57,409 nucleotides of DNA. It comes from Octopus sinensis (taxonomy: Eukaryota). Position 1 is the stretch's first letter; the number at the start of each line of letters is the position of its first letter. Location: contig NW_021833617.1 in assembly GCF_006345805.1 (NCBI RefSeq), positions 1 to 57,409 of the forward strand. Reading direction: 5' to 3'. A program made the translations under genes and the position numbers. Positions 1 through 13,061 of the stretch are shown here, in pieces. Below the pieces are notes generated by a model. The model did no database searches. It had not been told where the DNA came from and was given only the letters and a program-made list of their open reading frames with translations.

Positions 1-62
1 AATATATATATATATATAAAAGTTTAGTGTTCCTGAAGCATTGTCTGACGCGTATGTGTTAT

Positions 63-220
63 GAGAAATAAAACAAGTCGATGGTTTGTACATTTTACCT
101 TGTATTTCAGAGAAATGGTTTTGACAACACAAATTTCCCGAAGATTTCCTGAAGAGGTCCTAACCCCGAAATATCGAAATATCAAGTAAAAGTACAAACC
201 ATCAACTCGTAGTATTTCTT
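63..220 (+). mobile_element. Probable Penelope-like element terminal (pLTR) fragment with inverted repeat
   Basis: Imperfect ~28-bp inverted repeat: 80-108 gatggtttgtacattttaccttgtatttc versus 176-203 gaaatatcaagtaaaagtacaaaccatc. It encloses a hammerhead-like core. Confidence 0.45.
144..180 (+). ncRNA. Minimal type I hammerhead ribozyme-like motif
   Basis: ATTTC-CTGAAGA(149-155)-GG..CC-GAAA(168-171)-TA-TC^-GAAAT. Stem I is 5 bp, stem II 2 bp, and stem III is only the palindrome ATAT. Confidence 0.5.
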
Positions 221-366
221 ATAACTTGCATTGGTTTGGCTTTAGAAAACGAATTTTAAACATATAATCATGTCTATGAATGTGTGCGTGTTCGAATACA
301 TTTGTGTGTACGTGTGTGTATATACACATATACATATATAAAATGTGTGGGTGGTATCTACACACA

Positions 367-428
<62 letters not shown>

Positions 429-559
429 AAATATGCATGTCTGTCTGTATATGTAAATCTTATATATACATGTATACAGATGCCCATACACGCGCATCGG
501 TGTGTCACGTAGGCCACACTTAATATTCCTTTTTCTTTTTCCCTTGTGTTCTTGCTGAA

Positions 560-802
560 TCTGGACAAGGGAGCAGTTCTTTGCACACCTGAGACTGGTG
601 TGATTGAAACCGTTAATACTCTGTCTGCAGTGTCGCATACCAGCATCTGCAAGAAAGCTCTGACGAGAGAAATGATTTCAGAGCACCGAATATCTGGCGA
701 TGAAGGGTTGTGCACAGGACTGAATGCAGCAATCAGCGAGTTAGATCCACGGAGACGAATGGCTCGATGTTGTTTGAATGATGGGGTACCGTCCGACCAG
801 CT
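560..802 (-). mobile_element. Degenerate LINE ORF2 C-terminal fragment (CR1/Jockey-group-like)
   Basis: Translation QHRAIRLRGSNSL...CSEIISLV resembles the post-RT 'Q.RAIRL...CS.EL' segment also seen at 36167-36400. Confidence 0.4.
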
Positions 803-808
803 AGTGTG

Positions 809-874
<66 letters not shown>

Positions 875-917
875 TGTGTATGTGTGTGTGTACACACACA
901 CACACAAACACATCTAT

Positions 918-1108
918 ATCATCATCATCATCATTTAGTGTCTGTTTTCCATGGTAGCATAGGTTAGACGTTTGTCTGGGACTGGTAAACCAGAGAGCTG
1001 CACCAGGCTCCAGTCTGATTTGACTTGGTTTCTACAGCTGGATGCCCTCCCTAATAGCAACCACTCCACGAGTGCAGTGAGTGTCTTTCACGTGTCACCG
1101 GCACCGGT
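918..1108 (-). mobile_element. SINE with (GAT)n tail (family B)
   Basis: Reverse complement matches 44090-44259 and 50690-50846 (gtggttg..ttaggaagggcatccagctgtagaaac...gatgatgat). Confidence 0.85.
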
Positions 1109-2948
1109 GCCTCTCACGTGTCACACAAACACACACGCAGAGAGAACAGGGGAGAAAGATGTGCAGAAGAAAAGAACCACGAACAGCTGCAGTGGTTTGC
1201 TTTATACACTTTGCAAACTGGATGATATTAGTTGACCGAGGGAAGTCGCTAAAATGTCCACGACATTTTACTGCAGACTTTGTCGAGACAAGATTTCTAA
1301 GGCAACAAAGCAGCTGACCCTATTGGAGTTCACTGTGACTTAGGGGAGGTACTGGAGGACTGACTAAAAAAAGGGGGGAGGGGTAAAGAACCAGATGCTT
1401 GCCGAAAGAAGTAGGCAATCGAGGGTTCGAAGGTTTTTACCTTAAGTAAGGCCTACGAAACCCTAGGTATTACGGAAATAAGAAGAATAGCCATCAAAAT
1501 ACCTCAATGGGTTTGGCTGACAACAGGTGATAAGAATATTACTTAGATATGTCGACAGAGTTCGAGTTACCCAGACGAAGGTGTATGTTGTGGGACCTGA
1601 AACACTCAATGGCTCCTGGATACAACACCGACGAAGGGTTCAAATACTACATCCGTAGATGTATGTGAATATGAGTGTGTGTGCGCGTATAAATGTGCTT
1701 GTGTACATGGATATAAACTCGTGCATGCTTCTAAGTTTGTGTGTGTATACATTTACATACATATATGCATTGTATAAAACTGTACATAGTCACACATACA
1801 CAAAATCTTAGGTACATATATAGACTTCACACATATAAAACCACACACACAAAGCCACCATACAACATATATATATATACACACAAAAAAAATTATGAAC
1901 ACACAAAAACATAAATATACGTTTGTATGTGTGCGTATGTATACACAGACACACACACATACATACACAGGTGTGTATATTTATACATGTACTATGTGAC
2001 CGTGTGTATATGCATTTGCATGTATATATAATCGTATATATGTAAACACACACACATGTATAGTTTTTTTTTATACTTGTGTGTTTCAATGTGTAATACA
2101 ATGTTGGTCGTTTCTACGTGAAACCTTTGTACAACTCCCACCCCCCTCCACACACACCAAACAACACAGACAGACACTGCAACATCGTTCACAGAGAGAG
2201 TTCGTGCTATTATACAGATTCTTGGGGGTCGAACCAGAGATAAAAGTCTCTCAACCCTGTAAACACAACTATCATTTCAATTTCCACTTCTTATCCGTTC
2301 TCTCCATTTACTCCAAATAACATCGTTGGGAGATGCATAAATACCACGCAATCTGATCCACCTTGAAACAAATTATCAAGCAATTACACCATCTTGTTAT
2401 GGGATTGTTACTAGGCCAAAGCCAGGATGCCAAGACTGCTTTAAGAAAAAGGAGTGTTTGCACAATACGTTGACCTTTCACAAATAGCAGTCAAATAACT
2501 GTGAAATCATTCTTTGCCACTTTAACAAGGAGGTACTTATTATATATCATATGCATCTATACATACGTAAATACACACACACACACACACACATATATAC
2601 TCACAAGGAGTACTGTTCCTTCCTCCATACAATACTTCTACAATACCTGCCTCGGGTCCCCAGACTTTGTCCAAGAAAGACTTCAACTCCTCATCAATAC
2701 ACTTGTTCCAAAGATTTTTTTTTTTTAAATTCCAGCGAAACTTAAACTTTTTGGCGGCTTGTCTGTTGGTTTAATACTGAAACCGAAAAGACAGGAAAAA
2801 TACCGTCTCCTCGAGGTGTTGGCCATTACGGGCGGAGACAATGTAAGGGTGTTCAGACAGGGTTAGGATAGCATAGGCGTGATAGACATGGAATTGTCAT
2901 CATATCAAATCAACCACTTAGGCGCGCACGCGCTTTTCCGAAACATCA

Positions 2949-3036
<88 letters not shown>

Positions 3037-3539
3037 GGTGTTCATAATGAAAGCTAAGAAAGAAACATTAAGAGAAAATTTGGTTTAAAAACCAAAGAGT
3101 GCCATGAAATTGAATATTTTCCCGCCTTCTCTTCTAAGTTAAAGTTATGTAAAATGTGTGACATGGACAGGGCAGCCTTGGCCAAGTGACGGCGGTCGCG
3201 ATGTGGCATTTACTGGCCATAGACAAAAGGGGGAAATATAAACAGTTGTAAAGCCAAGCGAAAGGATGGGAGCGGTGGAGTTGGAGAAAATTACGGGGAA
3301 CTGGAAAACATAAAGATTTGTGTGTGCGCGTGCGCGCAACCAAGCCAACATTAACACAAATTTAAAATGAAAAAGAAAGTAAAAAATGTAATTTCAAAAA
3401 CTTAGAAAGAAATATATTAAACAATCTCTGCAGAGTGTATTTCATTGTTGAGAATAGACACACACACACACGTGCCTGCCTGTGTATAGCGAAATTTGTG
3501 TGTAGTAAATGTATGTGTACCATACACATACATATATAT

Positions 3540-3585
<46 letters not shown>

Positions 3586-3860
3586 GACACACACACATTT
3601 TGTTGCGTCATTAGAGACAGTCGCGAGATTCATAGTAACTGAGAGTAATATCAACACAATTATATTCTATTTTTCTCCTATGCACACACACACACACTCG
3701 TGTCTGTGTGTGTGTGTGTACAAATACGTACGCACACGTAAATAAGCCGATGCATCACTCTATTGTTCTTTGATTCAAAAAGTATAAACTCTATACCAGA
3801 TATTGAGTACTCTTTTCTTTCGTTTGTAAACAAAAATCGTGTGTGTGTGTGTGTGTGTGT

Positions 3861-3923
<63 letters not shown>

Positions 3924-4319
3924 CGAAAGAGAGAGATGTAGATGTAGAAATGTGCAGGTACGATGATGCAGGCAAGAGAATAAAAAGTGAAAATCAACCA
4001 GCAAAAAGCTGTCTCCAAGCCTGATAATTACAGTTCGGTGGAATCGGTATAGTTCAAGTCCATTGGCTCCGTCCAAAAATCTGTCTGGAAGAGTAAGTAG
4101 GAAGAGAGGAAGAGGTGAGCTGGAGAAAGGAGGTGTTGTCTGGTGGCAGCGGAAGGAAAGTATAGTGAATATATTAGACAAAAAAGGTGACAGACATTAC
4201 GACATCACTTGTTTTGTATTGTTGCTGAGACGTCTTTAGATTATTGCTACCGTGTTTAATATTACTCCACCTCCTCTCTCTCTCTCTCTTTCTCATACAT
4301 ACATATATGTGTGTGTGTA

Positions 4320-4380
<61 letters not shown>

Positions 4381-5614
4381 TCCTACCACCTCCATCAATG
4401 TTAGGTACTTAATAATGCACACACACGCACACAGCCTTACCTTTGTTTTATTCTAACATACAACAAAACAGCAAAGTACGCTAGACTTGAGATGGCGAAA
4501 TGCGCGCGCGCGCGTCTGTGTATGTGAATCCCATGGTTAAGCTCGAGAAGTTTGTAGAAAGAATAATTTTAAGGACTATTTGTGTTAGTGCTCAGTTTCG
4601 GCTCGGAACCTCTGACTACACAATCATTTTAGTTTGAGACGGCCGCCAAAGAGAAGAGGCCGAGTTGAAGGAATGTTTGTAGACGATTGTTAGGGAGCAA
4701 AAGGTTGGCCGCTAAGCATGTGGCAAACTGTTTGACTGCTACTGCACTATCTAGCAGAGTAGCAGCGGCTGCATAAAAGGGTTGCATGGGACTTGAAATA
4801 CTGATAACGAAAGACTGGCGCAATAAGGCAAAGAAAGATTACGGATGTGTCCTAGCTGCGCTGGCCAACATATCCGTTTGTCTTATATCTCGTGACCAAT
4901 GACCATTCCTTTAAGACACGGACACGTTCTGTCCTGCAGTATAATAATCTTGTAGCAAACTGTGGTGGTGTGGGGTGAAGAGCCATGTAGTGTTGTGGTG
5001 TGGGGTATATCAAGTGGTGTGCTGTAGAGTTGCTGCCTAGTGTAGGATGTGGCAAAGAGTGGTGTGTTGTAGTATTATGGGTGGTATAATGTGACGTAGA
5101 TACCGCGATGTTATGTGCTTTGAGGAGGTGGGGGTAATATTGTGCAGTGTGTATACTTATGGTATTCTACACCTATTACTAACCAGTTTCAGAGACAAGA
5201 CATACAAATAACAAAACGTAGACACACACACAGAAAAGCGGTTAAATTACATACAACATCCTATGAAATGTGGCTTAGGGTTAATGACTGAAAATAAGGA
5301 ACAAGGAGAAAGTCACGGGCGTATTTTGCCAATCAACTAACTGAACGTTGCATAATAATTATACACACATAGGAATATAATACATATTAGGCCAAGGGGT
5401 GTAAATTACACGCGCACGCGCAAAGTACACATACGTACGCGCGCGCGGAATGTGTGTGTGAGACGATACAGTTGTTACTAATTGGTCATCTTTAATAAAA
5501 AAAATTAATGTGTCTGAAAGTGATTTCGTCAACGATCTTACAACTCCCCCTCCGCCCACCTCTTTCTTCTTCTCTCAGGAATACACTATACTGAGACGCA
5601 TTACGGAAGCGAAG

Positions 5615-5790
5615 GTGGAGCATCTTGGTGGTCAGAGATCAGTCAGATATGACAGCTAAATCGCCCTCAAATTATACTCGATCGTCTAATAAGAAAGAAA
5701 CTATATTCGATAAAATGACGGCATGGCCACAATTGGAACGTCCTTTCATCATAAATCTATTCCATCAAGGATGACCTGGGGTTACAACAC
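5615..5790 (+). mobile_element. Degenerate interspersed repeat fragment (SINE-like)
   Basis: The motif cagctaaatcgccctcaaatta recurs as tagccaaatcgccctctaatta at ~22200. Confidence 0.4.
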
Positions 5791-5860
5791 TGACGTTGCA
5801 TTATTATCAAATGTCTGATCCACTGGAACGGCTTTCTGACACAACTTCACTCTAAGCTAA

Positions 5861-5906
<46 letters not shown>

Positions 5907-6829
5907 ACACACTTCTCTGATGATGTATAACAATTTGGACGGCTGCCTACCTTTTTAACGTTTGCTTTCAGAGAGAGAGAGAGAATGCGCGTGTGTATGT
6001 GTGTGTGTTGCTAGGGGTTGGGTGTCAGTGTAAACTATCCCGTCACAGACAGAAACTAATCGATATGTCTGAAGGAGAGAAATATTACAAAGAGAGACAG
6101 CAGACAAAGACAACCGTAGCCAGCCGACGACGACGACGACGACTATTACATGCCTGCCGTCGCCCTCCTCCTCCTCCTCATTTCTATGTGATAATTATTT
6201 ATAGACTCGCAGTTATACGTTTATCATAGCAGAACCACATAACTGCACAGAGACAGTCTGCGGATTGAACACAGAGGCACACAGTTTCACAATGTCATTT
6301 TTACACTTCTATTTGCACTTCAAATGATGGACAATGTACAACTTCGTCTGAAGTTTTATTACAAATATAGAATTTTAGAGAGGGGGGAGACGCATGCATG
6401 CATGTATGTGTGTGTGTGTGTGTGTGTGTTGTGTGTGTGTGTGTGTGTGTGTCGTGAATGTATTACCTGCGTATACGTAGCGCGCGCGCACTGTTCTTTG
6501 GTTTTCTTTAGCAAAAACTAAGGCCATGCTAACATTTTCTTGTCTTTTGTGTGGTATCCGTATCTATCCAGATATCATGAGTATTACTCAGTGTTTTTCT
6601 TTTCTTTTTTTTTTGCTGTTGTTTTTCCCCCAGCCTGTAGGGGACCATCTGTCTGGACTGAAAGTGCAACGTATGATATTCTTTTAGATTGATTTCATGA
6701 CCCCATCGACACCTTAATATTTGGCATACATTAAAACCCACATTAACAAAGCCTTGCTGCGGAGGAGCACAATAGGAATCCGGGACCACTCGGCAGACAA
6801 AAACAGGCAATGCTCTCTAACACTTGAGA

Positions 6830-7730
6830 AACTACTAACCATTTTTTTTTACTTATTTACTTGCTGAGTCTGGAGGAAGGTGGTGCCCACAGCCTTTGAA
6901 AACCCTTCAAGACCAATGAGATTGATGCTATTAATGATCTTCTTGAACAAGAAAGGTATGAGAAGGTAGGGAATTCGAGAGGCTAAATATTCTGGGAAGA
7001 AAGTCTACAAGGTGTACTGATTAGTGGTGGACCTGAGAAGGTTGGACACAACAAGAATGGTAAGAGGAGAAAATACAAGTGGGTCGGGAATCCCTAAGCA
7101 TCTTTAGATAAAAGATTGCACACCTGAAGGCCAGAAGTCAGAGCATGTCTGTGAATGACTTTATGCCACTCGCTCTGATGGCCCTTTTCTTGATGTGGTA
7201 CAGGATGTGTCTGTGTCTGTAGCAACAACACCATTCTAGATGTGAGAGCAACACTCCAGTGTGGGCCTCATTTCAGCTTAGTGAAGTGTCACTACTTACT
7301 ATGGGAAGAAGTATCTTCTGTCCCTGAAGTGAGAGACCAGCCATTGGAATTTGATCTTAGCTATGTTTATAGATAGGCTTTCAACAGGAGAGATCCTCAC
7401 AGACAGAGACGTTTAACATTTGAAGTGATTGTAATGATTCTACTTACATACTGCTCATCATTGAGTGGGACATGGTTTGATGATGTTGTCTTGGTATGAG
7501 TAATGTTTGTGTTTTGTTGCCGTTGAAAGACACTAGACTGACATATCCCCCGTTTGAAGATGCTTTTGAGAACTTTGTTAACAGAATTAGTGTGAGTTTG
7601 GTGGGTGGTGTCTAGGTTGCATGTAGATGGTGCATAGTTGGGGACGGTTAGGCGGGAATGAAAGCTCTAGTGTCATCTGCCTAAGAATGAATGATGCTGG
7701 TTGCTGCAGTAAGTCATTGATACAAAGAGA
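6830..7730 (-). mobile_element. Degenerate LINE RT/3' fragment (CR1/Jockey-group-like)
   Basis: The minus strand retains a decayed (Y)ADDT motif (~7670-7685) and downstream RP.LE.CSHI and HI.KRAIR segments, with many stops and frameshifts. Confidence 0.6.
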
Positions 7731-7768
7731 GTTGTCCTAATCTTGTGCATTTGCAAACGCCTGTTTTA

Positions 7769-7812
<44 letters not shown>

Positions 7813-8570
7813 CGCTTGTGTGTATCTATACACACACATACAGATTTACAGGAACAGATACAAATAAATTTTGCCTTTTTAAATATCTAAACTGACTGTT
7901 CCATGATGTAGCGCGCGCACACTACATCGTTGGAGAGTCACTTTAGCTATTTAAGAACATATAAAATCTGTTGTATTCGATTCCCATAAAGTACCATTAA
8001 CTTTAAGCATACCACTTTACTATAAAATAAATAATACTTTTAGAGGTTTGTTAAAGTTTGTATGTGAGGGTCTGTTGTACTGTTGCTAGTTGAACATTAC
8101 ACACACCAGTCTTTTACTTTCACATTCAACTCCTGTTTTCATTCTCTACCTGTATTGCACAGTTATTAACATTACTAATTTTTACTCCAAATGGTACTTA
8201 ATACTCCGCGTCCGTGCGTGTGTGTGCGCTTTCTTTAGTTGTTTGCGTTTATTGTCACGCTATAAGGATGAGGAAAGAGAAAAGAGTGACTGTGCTGAAA
8301 GAGGAGAAAGAGAGAGAAAGTATAATAAAGACAGGAGGAATAGACAGATACATAGGTAGGTGAAATACTGAAGACTGGAAGAGAGATAGGGAAATAGCCA
8401 ATGACAAGATACCCAGCGAAACAAACAGCGAAGCGTGTTAAACATGGGGGTGGGGAAGACTGCAGTCGTGAGAGTAGAGAAATAGAAGGAAAACAGATGG
8501 AAGATTAGAGTAGAAAGAGTGAGTGGGAACAGCGTGATAATAAGATATCAAAGACTGAGCTAAGTGATGC

Positions 8571-8608
<38 letters not shown>

Positions 8609-8839
8609 CAGACAGACAGAAAGTTGAATCAGACAGCACAAAAAAAATAAGGAGGAAAAGAGAGGAATAGCTATCAGTCAGCCAGACAGACAAAATAAAA
8701 CACAAAATGGAACAAATCTGAAAGAATTACTGTAAGACAAATAAACAACATTATTTTTAACGGGTACTACGATTGTGTAGGTATAGGTGTGTGCGTGTGT
8801 GTGTGTACACGCGCACACACACATATATATACATACATA

Positions 8840-9665
8840 ATGAAGAGAACAATATCCTACGTGTCAATATTTAGCTCTTCAAGAAGCACTCTCTTCATGA
8901 CGACCTCCCATACAACTTCAAAACAGCCCAACTTACACATACCTGGAAGAAGACCTAGATGTGAAACATTCAGCAAAGACCCCCCATACACACATAAAAA
9001 AAAACATGCATGGATATGTTCCCCAAAACTTGAAGAGGGCTGTGAAGCCGTTGGAGCTCCAAGGTGAAACAGAAAATGTAAATTATGTCATAATTAGCAG
9101 CTGCCCCAAAAATTCATCCAGGTACTCCTCCTCGCTATGCGACGCAGCATTGACGCAAAAATATATATATACAATGCCATTCGGAAAAAAGACTGTCCTG
9201 GAATAAATACAGAGACCCCCCCCCCCGCTGTTATTGAATATTATAGAGAAACAGCTACACAAGAAATACTGGTGGGTCATTCCCATCAAAACATCCATCA
9301 AGTGTAAACATGATAGGCTGAATATTGTCGTTTGGGAAAGAGACGAAAAAGTATGTGCCATCACAAAAGTCAGCTGTCCTTCTAATGTGAATATTTCTTT
9401 AATTTTCAAAGAGAGAGAGAGAGAGAGAGAGAATAACTAGGGACAACTCCTTCAAAATCTCCAGCTTCTGCACCCAGATTATAAATTCATATTTATATCA
9501 ATGGCAACTGGAGCGCTTGGTTTTGAGAGGAAATGCCTAAGTGACGATTTGGATAAGCTAGGGTTTTCAGGAAAAGAAATCAACCCCCTTACACATTAAT
9601 AAATACAATCTGCATGCGGAACAATATGAATATGCAAGACTTTCCTCAAGTTTAAAATGTGATAT
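8840..9665 (+). mobile_element. R4/Dong-like non-LTR retrotransposon 3' remnant (restriction-like endonuclease)
   Basis: VIISSCPK (decayed zinc knuckle) followed by YWWVIPIKTSIKCKHDRLNIVVWERDEKVCAITKVSCP, a decayed RPD..D/E RLE motif. Confidence 0.75.
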
Positions 9666-10044
9666 TGTTTGTATTATCAACATTCCAGCGATAGAGTTTT
9701 GTACTTTTGTTAGAAACCAGTTCCTTCTTCAGAGGAAGAATTTAAATAATTAAAAACAGAAGAGAACATAGATACATGCATAGTTAGAAGTGGCTGCAAC
9801 TAAACAAGTTGAAGACTGCTTTTCGAAAACTCGCTTTGTTGATCAAACTTTATGTAAGTGTATGTGAAGGCTGTTCTCTGAATTCAAGAATGAAACCAAC
9901 TGTGAGTATGAACTGTAAAGATCCACAGTCCACGTAGCTGACAAGGACATACACAGCCACTCTAGAATGACCAAGACTTTAAACACTAGAAGTATTTAGT
10001 GAATACTTATTCTGCCAAAGCAACAGAGATTTATATATATATAT

Positions 10045-10500
10045 ATCTAATATAGGATAAAATTTTTCGAAAAAAATTTTATCAATTGCCAGCATATTAA
10101 AAAATACCTTCAAAGGTTAAATTTATAAATTTAACCTATATTTTATCCTATATTAGATGTAAATTTAATAGTGTTCACTTTCGGACTCTCTCACTCTCTG
10201 AGAGTTTTCAGTTGGAATCGCACGTGTCTCGAGGTGTGCTGAAGAATTTCTATTTTGGATATATTTGGGGTACTTAGGTCTGCTCATGACTTAGTGCTTG
10301 CTTCTTGCATGGGTATGAGTAATTATTTCATTTATGTCTTACGTATTTATCGCTGAGGAGGGGAAAATTCTTATGAATTAACTCTGAAATTGGGACCAAT
10401 ACGGTAATAACGGAATTTTTTAGAAATTTCTGTCAGCTTGCTTCGAGACACGTATTTATAGTGATAAATTATATAGTTATTGACAATTTGTCTTTTTTCG
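10045..10500 (+). mobile_element. Penelope-like terminal repeat fragment with nested inverted repeats
   Basis: Perfect 19-bp inverted repeat (10045-10063/10140-10158), perfect 24-bp palindrome (10114-10137), and a ~30-bp imperfect inverted repeat (10222-10252/10421-10454) around a hammerhead. Confidence 0.55.
10342..10412 (+). ncRNA. Type I hammerhead ribozyme
   Basis: Stem I cgtatttatcg/cggtaataacg (6 bp, 2x2 loop, 3 bp); CTGAGGA 10353-10359; stem II GGGG/CTCT plus AATTC/GAATT; GAAA 10386-10389; stem III ATTG/CAAT; AUA cleavage triplet ending at 10401. Confidence 0.7.
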
Positions 10501-10538
10501 GCATATTTGGCATTAGAATGTTTATATATATATATGAA

Positions 10539-10586
<48 letters not shown>

Positions 10587-11050
10587 ATATATACGCGTAC
10601 GCACACGATGTATAAGTGTGTGCACAAACACACACATACTACATAGGTATGCACGTATTATATGTAACTATTTACTGTGAGTCATAAACACGAATTTGCG
10701 ACAGAGCTACAGAACCTGATTCGCGCATACTGTCTCAAATTGGTACTTGAATCACACATACACTTACATATAGATATACACACACACACGGCTGCGAGAA
10801 AGCATGTGTACTAAAACCAAACTTCCGTCTTCTTTCTGTGAAACTTGTAAGTAATGCGATTTTTAGTCTTTCGGTGAATACAAATACATACAAAGGCTAT
10901 GAAACGCATTTCACACCGACCTACCGACCGAGCTACCAGCCTATCTATCCATCCAATTATCTATACACACACACACACATTCAAAGCTAATTAGCAGCTC
11001 CCTCATATACAGCCCTGAACATTATTACTGAAATTATTATTAATTTCTGA

Positions 11051-11184
11051 TTTTGACTCAAGACCAGCAATTTTGGGAGAGGGGAACTTGATTATATTGA
11101 TCCCAGTGTTCAGCTGGTACTTATTTTATCGATGCCGAAAGGATGAAAGATAAAGGCGACCTCAGCGGAACTTGAACTCAGAAC
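11051..11184 (-). mobile_element. SINE family A fragment
   Basis: Reverse complement of the ttctgagttcaa..ttccg..gaggtcg.cttt..ctttcatcctttcgg..tcgataaaataagtaccag core. Confidence 0.85.
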
Positions 11185-11249
11185 CTTTTTCAGTGTTGCT
11201 TTCTTTAACCAGTCCATTATTATTATTATTATTATTATCATCATCATTA

Positions 11250-11635
11250 AGACGGTACGCTGGCAGAATCGTTAGCACACCGGGCAAAATGCTTAGCGGT
11301 ATTTCGTCTGCCGTTACGTTCTGAGTTCAAATTCCACCGAGGTCGACTTTGCCTTTCATCCTTTCGGGGTCGATTAAATAAGTACCAGTTACGCACTGGG
11401 GTCGATATAATTGACTTAATCCGTTTGTCTGTCCTTGTTTGTTCTCTCTGTTTAGCCCCTTGTGGGTAGTAAAGAAATAGGTATTTCGTCTGAGTTCAAA
11501 TTCTGCCGAGGTCGACTTTGCCTTTCATCCTTTCGGGGTTGATAAATTAAGTACCAGTGAAACAGTGGGGGATCAATGAATCAACTAGACCTCTTCCCAC
11601 AAATTTCAGGCCTTATGCCTCCAGTAGAAAGGATT
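11250..11635 (+). mobile_element. tRNA-derived SINE family A, full copy plus partial tandem copy
   Basis: A-box-like tggcagaatcg and B-box gagttcaaattcc; the core gtcgactttgcctttcatcctttcgggg occurs twice (~11342 and ~11511). Confidence 0.9.
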
Positions 11636-11654
11636 GTTGTTGTTGTTGTTGTAA

Positions 11655-12275
11655 CAGATATCACAGTATACTCTATCGTGAGGTTGTTGATTGAAGATAT
11701 TGTGTCTGTCGGGGGTTTGTACAGTTTGTCAAGTCACAACAAGGACCCCAAACAGACAGTACTTTACACAATATGTGTGCAGTTCCAAGTAATGCCGATT
11801 TTTCCAATACATCTAGATTGTAGAGTATTTCTAAGGTCTTTATATGTTTGTTTTTTTTCAGATTGGGTGGTATCGAACCCAATGCTCTGATGACAATAGG
11901 GAAAACCCTTTTGTTTCACTCCCATAGCTGCCACATCTTGGTAATCTCAATTCTCACCTCTCCCTATTCATCAACTTTTCCTCTTTCATGCATGATGTTA
12001 TGTTGATCTCCTGGCACTGCCACATCGATTATTGGGCCCTTTTGTTTGTCCCTCCTAAAGGTTACTATGTCCGGCTCTAACACTTTGTCTGTCTGGAAGT
12101 CAAAGTCCCAGAAGATCTTTGCCTTCCCCTTTTCACCCATTACCTTTTCCAGTGTATGTTGGTACCAAGCACCCGTAACCTCATATCCATACTTCCGGCA
12201 TTGCAACCAGTGGAGGTTTGGGGCTACTCTGACGTGTCTACGCTTGTACTCTTTCTGCGCAAGATTTTCACAAGC
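11655..12275 (-). mobile_element. R4/Dong-like LINE 3' remnant (RLE domain)
   Basis: KIFWDFDFQTDKVLEPDIVTFRRDKQKGPIIDVAVPGD (PD..D RLE motif) and C-terminal KSALLGTAHILCKVLSV. Confidence 0.85.
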
Positions 12276-12276
12276 A

Positions 12277-12277
<1 letters not shown>

Positions 12278-12310
<33 letters not shown>

Positions 12311-12815
12311 GAGTGAGAGAGCAGTGCATGCCATCAAAGTGACACTGGGGTAAAATATACGAAGCCCAATATACCCATCATGACTACCCGTCTGATAAGG
12401 GTACACCAGGAACATGCATCACAACCATATGTGCGCAACATGGTGATCTCATATCAAGATAAACAGCACATGTCCTTGCAGGTGGGGCCCAGTTAGAATT
12501 TTCTTCTTGTCGAGTAACCCATCCCGTTCAAAAGGTCCCTGAATAAGGATTGTTTAAGGAAGTTGAACGAAACACCCATGTTTCCAGAGGTGAATTATCC
12601 AAACCCCAAAGAATTCCTCTCAACACATGGCTATAATGCCCATATCGTCAGCCATTAAGGGACACTCAACTGGTTATGGTCAAACAACTGACAAGCAAAT
12701 TTGTGGTGTTGAGCAGAATATCTGCTGTAGCCCATTTTTTTTATACCAAGACAAAACAATGTACATGATAACAGTTCCAATCAGTTAAGATCAGAAGCCA
12801 TGAGAGCCACTGTCT
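12278..12815 (-). mobile_element. Retroelement 3' UTR-like repeat with (AAT)n tail
   Basis: The minus strand ends in gcatgcactgctctctcactc(aat)n. It resembles a repeat I recall from octopus DNA; family unverified. Confidence 0.5.
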
Positions 12816-12840
12816 GTATTATTATTATTAATATTATTAA

Positions 12841-13058
12841 GGCGGCGAGCTGGCAGGATTGTTTGTACGCCGGGCGAAATGCTTAGTGGTATTTCGCCCG
12901 TCGCTGCGTTCTGAGTTGAAGTTCTGCCGAGGTTATCTTTACCTTTAATCCTTCCGGGGTCGATAAATTAAGTACCAGTTGTATACTGAGGTTGATGTAA
13001 TCGACTAGTCCCCTCCCACCAAATTTCAGACCTTTTGCCTATAGTAGAAAAGGGTTAT
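12841..13058 (+). mobile_element. SINE family A, full-length
   Basis: ggcggcgagctggcag head, conserved core, and the tail ttttgcctatagtagaaaagggttattatt. Confidence 0.9.
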
Positions 13059-13061
13059 TAT

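Noticed and set aside
546-938. Plus-strand 130-aa ORF as a host gene exon
   Set aside because: The opposite strand resembles a LINE C-terminal remnant and the ORF runs into (TG)n.
4034-4092. Possible plus-strand 59-nt exon (acag|...GA|gtaagt)
   Set aside because: Weak acceptor with no pyrimidine tract, no recognisable peptide and no partner exons.
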